Part shown: piece by piece, positions 50,345 through 61,600 of the stretch
Numbering within the stretch: position 1 is the stretch's first letter
Layout: every line of letters starts with the position of its first letter
Assembly (NCBI RefSeq): GCF_964194025.1
Contig: NC_134474.1
Coordinates: 16,740,001-16,804,000 of the forward strand
Source: Convolutriloba macropyga
Lineage: Eukaryota
DNA: 64,000 nt
Direction of reading: 5' to 3'
Program-made: the position numbers and the translations under genes
The notes under the pieces: generated by a model
What the model saw: only the letters and a program-made list of their open reading frames with translations
Told to the model about the DNA's origin: nothing
Database searches by the model: none

Positions 50345-52463
50345 AAATAACCGACTAACGTCGGGCAAATTGCTCTCGAACGACCGGCGAGCGGTTGGCT
50401 TCGTCAGTAGCTAGCCACAGTTTAGTGAGGCTAGCTTTAGATTAATTGAAGGGGAGTAAGGTGAGCGCAGCGGGGGTGCACCGCAGCAGAGGTGCAAAAG
50501 TCGATTGGGGGACTGTGGGGGCGGTGGCCCGATGTGGGGGCGGTGGATGAGTGGGGTGTGGGGTCAATTTCTAAGAACCGCCCTTCACACCATAAGTATA
50601 AGTCTCCAAAACAGTTTCTGTTAATCGAATACTTGAAGACTAATGGGCTGAACGGCTCTAATAGAACTTAATGCAAACTAGGATCAGACAAAAAATCGGC
50701 CAATCGAAAAATTGCATAAAAGAGACAAACAGGAATAATTTATTTGTTACAAATTGCTATTGAGAGCAATTAACAAGAATTTCCTAAAAAGTGCCTGTTA
50801 AGTCATGTATGGTAAAATATTTTAATTGTTAATGAGGATCAGAGATGATGACATTACGCCACATAACAGGAGAGAGAGAGAGAGAGAGATAAAACGTGAA
50901 CGAGAAAGAGAAGGAAAGAAACCCTAACCGACAGAGAGAAAGAGATAGGAATAATTTCCACGAAGGGAGGAATAATTTCGTTCGCCAGTAATGGTCGTTA
51001 AACTCAGAAAAGGACAAAATAATGAAAAATTTTGGAAACAATTGCAAATTTAAACAAAAACTTGAAAATACAAGATAATAATATCTTGAGAACCACTTCA
51101 TTTTTTCAAGAGACTATCCAGTATCCCTGTTTCTAGCCTGAAATAGTTTCACTGGCTCAAAGATCCATACACTTAGAAGATAAAAATTTTCCAAGAAATC
51201 GAAAAAAATTGTATTCAAAAATTACTAAAACTGGAGTCATAAAAAAATTGAGCAATATCCCATTAACTCTAGAAACTATACAGCAGCTTATTAACAAACA
51301 ATGGAGGACGTCCCTGGTGCCGAAAATTAAAAAAAAGCACAAAATTTAAAATATGGCTTAAATTCCTGAAAAAACTTGAAAAACATTCAATAATATCTAT
51401 AAAACTATGCAGTAACACATTATCAAGCTTTAGAGGAAGTTACGTGCCTCTTGAGGCTAGAAAAAACTAAAAGATGTTTAAAAAATTCAAAAAATGCTAA
51501 AACATGTGATAAGAAAAAGTTAAATATTTCTCCATTACCAACAAAAATTTTCCAGTATCTTATTACCAAACCCTCGGGGTTTTTTTGACCCTTGAGGATA
51601 AAAAAAACCTGAATAATAAATGTCAAAAAATTGAAAAACGGCAAAAATTGTCCAAAAAATGCTAAAACTCCTGATGTTCAAATCTTGCAAGACATTCCAT
51701 TAAATCTAAAAAAAAATAAAGTAACCTATTTTCAAACCCTAGAGGAGGTTACTTGGATCTTGCGGCTGAAAAAATAAAAAACGACAAAAAATTTTTAAAA
51801 AAAACCCGAAAAAAAGCAATTTTTTAAAAAAACTAAAATTTGTGAAATTAAAAAGTTGAAAAACTATTCCATGGACAATAAAAATTTGTCAGGAACTTAT
51901 TATCAAACCTCTTAGGATGTTTTCTGGCCCCTGCGTCTGGAAAGACCTGAATAATGAAAAATAAATGTCAAAAAAATGCTAAAATTCCGGATGTAAAGAT
52001 CTTGAAATCATACCATTACTACTAGAAACTATGAAGTAACCTATTATTAAAACCTAGAGGAGTTTTCTTGACACCTAGGGCAGATAAAATTTTTAAAAAA
52101 ATTGCAAAATAGTTTAAATTTGCGGGTTTCTAGCGAGCGGTTGTCCGTCAATAGCTAGCCACGGGGGGTGCACCGGGCTGATTGATGGGGGCAGCAGTGG
52201 GGTCGGGGCAACAGCTCGGTGGGGGCAATAGTGGGGGGGGGGGGGGGTGTCTTCACACCATAAGTATAAGTCTCCAAAGTTTGAGCTGAAACAGAACTGA
52301 AAGGCTCTAAGATCACTTAATGCCCGCTGGGCGCTTCCTGTTATTCTGTTTTTGAGGACGAAAAGTCAAATGGGTCAGACGAAAAATCGGTCAAGCGAAA
52401 AATCGCATAAAAAAAGACCGACAGGACTAATATAATTGCTACCAACTTCGTTTGAGAGCAATT
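50345..52463 (-). mobile_element. HINE-like family 2 element or dimer with central ~150 bp tandem repeats
   Basis: Hairpin CCGAC-TAAC-GTCGG (50351-64) then subTIR AATTGCTCTCGAACGA, which is complementary (15/16) to TCGTTTGAGAGCAATT (52448-63). G-rich core CTTCACACCATAAGTATAAGTCTCCAAA at ~50583 and ~52250. Tandem repeats at 51100-52090. Confidence 0.65.
50870..50889. repeat. (GA)n microsatellite
   Basis: About 10 GA units, directly visible. Confidence 0.9.
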
Positions 52464-52479
52464 AATAAAGAGTACTGAG

Positions 52480-52770
52480 GGTGTCAGGACAATTTACCCA
52501 TTTGTATTTTACCCAATGCCAACTTAACCAATTTATCCTATTGCTAAATTTACCATATTTATATAATATTACTATATAATAAATGGCCTGTTTGACTTGA
52601 TATGAAACTAACACAACATAACATGGGATTATATTGTCCACGTAAATATTTTAAATAATCCTTGTAATAGCGATTGCTAAATTGTAATCAGATAATTGAA
52701 CGAAAAGATCAAAGAGAATTGGGTAAAATGGCATTGGGTACAATGGAATTGGGTAAATTGTCATGTAACC
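52480..52770. mobile_element. MITE, Mutator/Foldback-like, 291 bp
   Basis: Perfect 9-bp TSD AGTACTGAG (52471-79 and 52771-79), GG...CC termini, and ~55 bp imperfect TIRs built from TTTACCCAAT sub-repeats. Confidence 0.9.
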
Positions 52771-52939
52771 AGTACTGAGTAGTCATGATTACAGATTACT
52801 CATGACTTCTGAGCAATAGAAGACCGACAAAAAAAATTGCTGAAAACTTTGTTGCAATTGTGCGCAATTAACAAACATTAATTTAACAATTTCAATAATA
52901 ATCGAACAGAAAAGTAAAACTTAAACTGCAAATCAATAT

Positions 52940-53804
52940 CTAAATACCACAAACTCTTTGAATATAGAAATCATCTCTCCAGAAGCAATTAGTTTTCAGC
53001 AATAAGTCTAGTTCTTCTTGGCGCGTACTAAATTCCGGCTTTTTTGCCATAACATATCCAAAGACAAGCAGAAACTCAAGGTGATTCATACTTTTCGACC
53101 ACTGTTCAATTGACTTGTTGATCTGAAACTTTTCGAGAATTCCTGGAGCGGCTTGAAATGCTAACACCTTAAGATTTGGTATACTTTGAACCGCATCCAT
53201 TAAAAACTCAAATTCTTTCCGAATATTTTTGTCGATACCAACTAGATGCACACAAAGCACCTCTATTGAAGAATCTTGGATTTTGGTCATTGTTTCGCAT
53301 TGCCCTTTCTTTTCCTTTGATGACCTCCAATACGTCAAAGCCAAGTTTCTCAAACCTTTAGGAATAACAACATGAGAGAAAATATCAGCTGGAATTGACA
53401 ATGTTTGACATCTTGCACCTACAAGGTACTCAGTTTGATTCCAAGATTCCGCTTCATCGGGCTCCAAAATGCGACTCCCAATTTTGATGAACTGAAGGTT
53501 CGGTGCATTCTTTTCGAAAAAGGTGAAAAAGGACGCTTTAGGCTGTTTCAGCATTTCTATGTCTAAAAGTTTCAAGTTCGGGAACCGAGGGGTATCCGGA
53601 AGTTTGGGAACTTCAGGAGTCTGACGGACTTGACGATGACGTCGTAGGAATTGATCAAAACCATCTTCCGATTCATCGGAATCGGAAAAATCAGAAATAT
53701 CATCCATGATCCAATTGGCTTGAATAACTTCTTCGAAAAACCACGCTTTCGCTATGTTCAAGGTCCTCATGCGAGGGAACCATTTTGATGACAGGCTCAA
53801 GATT
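52940..53804 (-). CDS. Probable terminal exon of a divergent leucine-rich-repeat protein (possibly F-box/LRR type)
   Basis: ~287 open codons, acceptor GTTTGTTCAG at 53805, LRR-like motifs FPRMRTLNI, FPNLKLLDI, APNLQFIKI, IPNLKVLAF. Upstream exons not seen. Confidence 0.6.
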
Positions 53805-54826
53805 CTGAACAAACTGAAACACAAACAGAACTATATGCAATGCTCATCAAATTTGAAATATTGCTGCAAAATAGTCAAAATGGACGCTTTCAACGTTAAT
53901 AAAGGAAAGCATAAACAACTGACGCCGGAAAAATTGCTCTCGAACGACTAGCGGGAACTCAAACCTTTTGCAGGCTACTTCAGTCGGGGATGGGCGTAAT
54001 TGGAGATTATTAAATACACTAAAACCACTGAAAAAATCAAAATGACAACAATTTTGGCGTACTTTTCATTTGATTCTTAGAAATGAATTGTCACCACTTG
54101 AGTTCACCTGCTGGCACATGTCAATGAGACAAAATATTAGATTACGCAAAAAAATCAAGGGCATAAAAATCATTCGAAAATTTAAAACGGTCAAGAAAAA
54201 AATTAGTGTTGCTTTCAAATCGAAATTTCTGGGCTACAAAAAAATTACATTTTAACTGTTGCTTTCAAATTGATGTTTCTGGGATAAAAAATTACGATTA
54301 CAATAATGAACACTAAATATTTTGAGACCTTTGTAGAATATTCTTCTCACAGAGACAATAATGATTGTTTCAAATGCTGTAATCAAATTGTTTGTAATTG
54401 TCTGATTCGAAAAACGCAGCAACTGCTTCGAAAAAATTACAACAGTCCAGATCAAAAATTTTCACCGCAAAAAAAAGATAAAAATAATTTAAAAATTCTA
54501 AAAAAAACAAAGATGAAAAAATAAAAAATTACATGAAAAACTACTGAGCAAGTTGAAAAGTAAAAAAATTACTTTCCTAATTTGAAAATTACAGTTCAAA
54601 AAACTAATCTAAGGTCAAATTTTGCCGGCGGGAGAAACATGCTTATTGGCAAAAAGGCGGTAACTAAAGATGTTTGAATAGGCTTGACAAACAAGCCAAG
54701 ACATTGGCTAAACATTACTTTGAGAACTAATTTTAACCAATCGCTGAACGTAGACTATTTTTTCAATTCCTCATTTACTATGAACATTTGAACCGCAAAT
54801 ATGAAACAGTAAACAGCAATTACAAG

Positions 54827-55590
54827 CATAGCTGGTAGATTGCCAGAAAATAGACGCAAAATCTTAAAAGGAAACTTTTTATTAAATGTTGAGATGTTAT
54901 ATTTTATGAAATTGATTAACTTATAGATCCTTCTATTAGCTGCCCTCAAATAACCTTCAATTAGAGGGACACGCATTCACTTGACCTTATCTCTTCCAAT
55001 TAAAGCAAAGAAGTCAATTCAGAGAGAGGAAGTCATTATTGAGAGAGTAAGTCACGCGAATGGACAAAAGTACTCTCTGCATTAAGAGAGAAAAAAAATG
55101 TCACGCACGCAATGCAGTTGAAATTGCATGAACAATGAACAAAAAGCAGAATTAAAGTTATTGTGACGTCAAATGGTCGTAACGAAAATCTTGATGGCGA
55201 AAAAAAACATAGCAGGACAAGTCGATACAATTCAAAGAATTTTCATTGACTAAGCTGAAAACTGACCAAGAATGGACAATGAATGCATTGGGAAACCAAT
55301 TTAGGAACTAATCAGATAAAAAATTTATAAATAGTAAAAATCAATGTCAAAATGCCGCATGTGAACAAAAAACCACTAGCGGGAAAGCAAATTTTTGTTG
55401 AAACACCATTTTCTCACTCCCACTTTATTATTAAGTCGAAAATTCCACGCCGCAAAGAAAATCGCATTTTCGCTTCAATTCCTGTTTCGGTTTGACCAAA
55501 ATCATCACTTCTATTTGACTTGAAAACGTGTGAAAAGATCTTGAAAAAAACAGCGCCCCACCACAATTCAAATTTTTGAATTGTAAAACA
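54827..55590 (-). mobile_element. HINE-like family 1 copy, right end missing
   Basis: CATAGCTGGTAGATTGCCAGAAAATAG start, then the family core through CAGCGCCCC. Confidence 0.65.
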
Positions 55591-55683
55591 TTACCCGAAG
55601 AATTTCGGAAGCATCTCGAAGCGTCAAAAATTCAAAGGAAACCGTAAATACATCTGGAACTACAAAATTCGTTTTGAAACATT

Positions 55684-58600
55684 AACTCCTCATCAGCAGA
55701 TTTGAAGAGAAAATTGGTAAAACTTACACTACTGTCACCAAGAACAAAAGGTGAGCATTGATATAATGGGAGAAAGTTGAAGTTAAAAACAAACACGGCA
55801 TCAACCAATAACAATACAGAAAAAAGAACAGGATTAAGAAATAAAAAATCTGACAAAAATGAAACCTGAAGCCTTGATATCGTTCACATTAATATTACTA
55901 AAATCTTTCAGTATCGTTGACATAATGCCAAAATACTTAGGATGGCGAAAAAGCGATAGGCTCAAGAAAATGAGAGGGCTACAAATTATCATGAACAAAC
56001 AAATTATACTAACTTGAGAAAGATAGACCTCCACATTCAACTGTGCTACCCAAAAGACACATTGCGAAAGCATAAGGCATGTAGTATTCCTATAAAATAA
56101 AACGAAAAATTTAAATAAAAAAATAGGACTCGAAAGACGCCAAGTTTTAAATTTTTTAAGTTGTTCTTATGAAGTCACTGCGATTAAGACAGAAAGAAAG
56201 TATAAATCTCTTATTGGAGACATCGTAGAGAAAACGAAATTAAACTTTTGCAAAAACTAAAATCACCAAAGAGCTCAACCATAAATTATTTCAAAATAAC
56301 GTACCACTTTTTTTATTGATCCTGTGATCTGACAGTTTGATTTTCTTAATTTTTGAAAAATGAAATAGAAAAACATGAAGTAGAAAAACAAGTACATTTC
56401 TTTATTTAGCATTCAAGGCTAAGAAAAAATATATAGCTATCCTCCTGTAAAGATTGAAAAGTAGAAACACAGTTCAAAGATTAGAAACAATAAAATATTT
56501 TGCGAAACCGACTATTTTCTTACAAAAATCTACATATGAAGAAGCTTTCGCCAAAATTCAATTATTATTATAACGGTGCACAAAAAGACTTCTAGTAATT
56601 AAAACCAATAAACAAACAAAAAATTGGACAAAAACAGCCAAAATCGGGCAAGCAAGTGAACAACTTTAAAAAACAAAAATACCTCACGTTTCAAAGAGGC
56701 ATGTTAAGTTGTCATAAGTGATGATTTTTGGACAAAAGGTCGGCTTTAAGATCTAAAAACAAAATTAATTTTAAAAGCCAAAAACGAACTAAAAAAAAGA
56801 AACATTTGCTCATTCAAATTTGAAGAGCATTATTAGACTCCCAAAAACAATGTGGAAACAATTTCAGAGGTTCACATATTCGTACAGCTTGTATTAAAGA
56901 AATTTTTTACAAAAAACTAAATTACAAGCACAAAAGGAGAGCCAATAGACAAAAAAATGGCTAAAAATGCCTATCTATATGCGGCATTCTGCCAAAAAAC
57001 ACATTTCAAAGTCGAAAAGTCCTTCACTGATCGATGCGGGTGATAAAAAAAACTTCTCTCGCTCAGAAAAAATGCGTTCACACGGCAATTTCACTCTTTT
57101 GCGTGTAGGTCAAACCGCTGTCTGAACGAATAGTACTTCCGGCAAAAAACCTTAGTCTTCGAGTCGTAAAAAAAAACAAAGAGAAGGCCAATGATAGCCT
57201 CAGCTATCGCTTTTCGGCTATTAATAAAAAAAACTAGCAGCAGCTAAGGGATGTTCAAATTTTCTGGAGCTGAACCAAAAACTATCTAAAATTTAAGTAC
57301 CACTTTTATTGACCCTATGATCTCAAAGAGACAAAAACATTATTCCCCTTACGTAACAATTTGAAAGCTCAACAGTCATTTAGCATTCAAGGCTAAGGAA
57401 AAATATATAGCTATCCTCCTGTAAAAATTGAAAAGTAGAAACACAGTTCAAAGATTGGAAACAATAAAATATTTTGCGAAACCGACATTTGTCTGAAAAA
57501 AATCCACATATGAAAAAGCTTTCGCCAAATTTCAATTATTAGTAAAATGGTGCACAAAAAGACTTCTAGTAATTAAAACCAATAAACAAAAAATATTGGT
57601 CAAAAACAGCCAAAATCGGGCAAGCAAGTGAACAACTCTAAAATAAAAATACCTCACGTTTTAAAGAGGCATTCAATGCATGCAATATCATTGTTAAGTT
57701 GTCATATGCACTGATTTTTGAAAAGGTCTGCTTTAAGATCTAAAAACGAAATTAATTTTAAAAGCCATAAACGAACTAAAAAAGAAACATTTGCTCATTC
57801 AAATTTGAAGAGCATTATTAGACTCCCAAAAACAATGTGGAAACAATTTCAGAGGTTCACATATTCGTACAGCTTGTATTAAATTTTTTACAAAAAACTA
57901 AATTACAAGCACAAAAGGAGAGCCAATAGACAAAAAAATGGCTAAAAATGCCTATCTATATGCGGCATTCTGCCAAAAAACACATTTCAAAGTCGAAAAG
58001 TCGTTCACTGATCGATGCGGGTGATAAAAAAACTTCTCTCGCTCAGAAAAAATGCGTTCACACGGCAATTTCACTCTTTTGCGTGTAGGTCAAACCGCTG
58101 TCTGAACGAATAGTACTTCCGGCAAAAAACCTTAGTCTTCGAGTCGTAAAAAAAACTCCTCATCAGCAGATTTGAAGAGAAAATTGGTAAAACTTACACT
58201 ACTGTCACCAAGAACAAAAGGTGAGCATTGATATAATGGGAGAAAGTTGAAGTTAAAAACAAACACGGCATCAACCAATAACAATACAGAAAAAAGAACA
58301 GGATTAAAAAATAAAAAATCTGACAAAAATGAAACCTGAAGCCTTGATATCGTTCACATTAATATTACTAAAAACTTTCAGTATCGTTGACATAATGCCA
58401 AAATACTTAGGATGGCGAAAAAGCGATAGGCTCAAGAAAATGAGAGGGCTACAAATTATCATGAACAAACAAATTATACTAACTTGAGAAAGATAGACCT
58501 CCACATTCATCTGTGCTACCCAAAAGACACATTGCGAAAGCATAAGGCATGTAGTATTCCTATAAAATAAAACGAAAAATTTAAATAAAAAAATAGGACT

Positions 58601-61600
58601 CGAAAGACGCCAAGTTTTAAATTTTTTAAGTTGTTCTTATGAAGTCACTGCGATTAAGACAGAAAGAAAGTATAAATCTCTTATTGGAGACATCGTAGAG
58701 AAAACGAAATTAAACTTTTGCAAAAACTAAAATCACCAAAGAGCTCAACCATAAATTATTTCAAAATAACGTACCACTTTTTTTATTGATCCTGTGATCT
58801 GACAGTTTGATTTTCTTAATTTTTGAAAAATGAAATAGAAAAACATGAAGTAGAAAAACAAGAACATTTCTTTATTTAGCATTCAAGGCTAAGAAAAAAT
58901 ATATAGCTATCCTCCTATAAAGATTGAAAAGCAGAAACACAGTTCAAAGATTGGAAACAATAAAATATTTTGCGAAACCGACTATTTTCTTACAACAATC
59001 TACATATGAAGAAGCTTTCGCCAAAATTCAATTATTATTATAACGGTGCACAAAAAGAGTTCTAGTAATTAAAACCAATAAACAAACAAAAAATTGGACA
59101 AAAACAGCCAAAATCGGGCAAGCAAGTGAACAACTTTAAAAAACAAAAATACCTCACGTTTCAAAGAGGCATGTTAAGTTGTCATAAGTGATGATTTTTG
59201 GACAAAAGGTCGGCTTTAAGATCTAAAAACAAAATTAATTTTAAAAGCCAAAAACGAACTAAAAAAAAGAAACATTTGCTCATTCAAATTTGAAGAGCAT
59301 TATTAGACTCCCAAAAACAATGTGGAAACAATTTCAGAGGTTCACATATTCGTACAGCTTGTATTAAAGAAATTTTTTACAAAAAACTAAATTACAAGCA
59401 CAAAAGGAGAGCCAATAGACAAAAAAATGGCTAAAAATGCCTATCTATATGCGGCATTCTGCCAAAAAACACATTTCAAAGTCGAAAAGTCCTTCACTGA
59501 TCGATGCGGGTGATAAAAAAACTTCTCTCGCTCAGAAAAAATGCGTTCACACGGCAATTTCACTCTTTTGCGTGTAGGTCAAACCGCTGTCTGAACGAAT
59601 AGTACTTCCGGCAAAAAACCTTAGTCTTCGAGTCGTAAAAAAAAACAAAGAGAAGGCCAATGATAGCCTCAGCTATCGCTTTTCGGCTATTAATAAAAAA
59701 AACTAGCAGCAGCTAAGGGATGTTCAAATTTTCTGGAGCTGAACCAAAAACTATCTAAAATTTAAGTACCACTTTTATTGACCCTATGATCTCAAAGAGA
59801 CAAAAACATTATTCCCCTTACGTAACAATTTGAAAGCTCAACAGTCATTTAGCATTCAAGGCTAAGAAAAAATATATAGCTATCCTCCTGTAAAAATTGA
59901 AAAGTAGAAACACAGTTCAAAGATTGGAAACAATAAAATATTTTGCGAAACCGACATTTGTCTGAAAAAAATCCACATATGAAAAAGCTTTCGCCAAATT
60001 TCAATTATTAGTAAAATGGTGCACAAAAAGACTTCTAGTAATTAAAACCAATAAACAAAAAATATTGGTCAAAAACAGCCAAAATCGGGCAAGCAAGTGA
60101 ACAACTCTAAAATAAAAATACCTCACGTTTTAAAGAGGCATTCAATGCATGCAATATCATTGTTAAGTTGTCATATGCACTGATTTTTGAAAAGGTCTGC
60201 TTTAAGATCTAAAAACGAAATTAATTTTAAAAGCCATAAACGAACTAAAAAAGAAACATTTGCTCATTCAAATTTGAAGAGCATGATTAGACTCCCAAAA
60301 ACAATGTGGAAACAAATTCAGAGGTTCACATATTCATACCGCTTGTATTAATTTTTTTTTTTAAATTAAAATTACAAGCACAAAAGGTGAGCCAATGGAT
60401 AAAAAACGGCTATAAATGCCTATCTATATGCAGCATTCTGCCAAAAAACACATTTCAAAGTCGAAAAGTCCTTCACTGATCGAAGCGCGTGATCAAAACT
60501 TCTCTCGCTCAGAAAAATTTAGTTCACACGGCAATTTCACTCTTTTGCGTTTCGGTCAAACCGCCGTCTGAAAGAATAGTACTTCCGGTTAAAAAAACCT
60601 TAGTCTTCGAGTCGTCAAAAACCAAGAGAAGGCCAATGATAGCCCCAGCCATCGCTTTTCGGCTATTAATAAAAAAACTAGCAGCAGCTAATGGATGTTC
60701 AAATTTTCTGTTTCTGGAGCTCAAACAAAAACTATTTAAAACTTACGTACCACTTTTATTGACCCTATGATCTCAATTAGACAAAAACATTGTTCCCCTT
60801 AAGTAACAAATTGAAAGCTCAACAGTCAAAAGTTCAAAAAATTGTCACCGCAAAAAACATGAAAAATATTTTAAAGATTCTGAAAAGAAACAAAGATGAA
60901 AAAATATTAAATTATAGTGAAAAACTACTGAGCAAGTTGAAATGTAAAAAAATTACTTTCCTAATTTGAAAATTACAGTTCTAAAAATAAATCTACGTCA
61001 AATATTGCCGGCGGGAGAAACATGCTTATTGCAAAAAGGCGGTAACTAAAGATGTTTGAATAGGCTTGACAAACAAGCCAAGACATTGGCTAAACATTAC
61101 TTTGAGAACTAATTTTAACCAATCGCTTAACGTAGACTATTTTTTCAATTCCACATTTACTATGAACATTTGAACCGCAAATATAAAACAGTAAACAGAA
61201 ATTATAAGCATAGCTGGCAGATTGCCAGAAAATAGCCTCAATATCTTAAAAGGAAACTTTTTATTAAATGCTGAGATGTTATATTAAATTGATTAAATTA
61301 TAGATCCTTCTATTAGCTGCCCTCAAATAACCTTCAATTAGAGTGACCCGCATTCACTTGACCTTATCTCTTCCAATTAAAGCAACGAAGTCAATTCAGA
61401 GAGAGGAAGTCATTATTGAGAGAGGTAAGTCACGTTTGATAAAACTTAATAACGTACCACTTTTTTTATTGATCCTGTGATCTGAGTTTGATTTTCTTAA
61501 TTTTTGAAAAATGAAATAGAAAAACAAGAAGTAGAAAAACAAGCACATTTCTTTATTTAGCATTCAAGGCTAAGAAAAAATATATAGCTATCCTCCTGTA

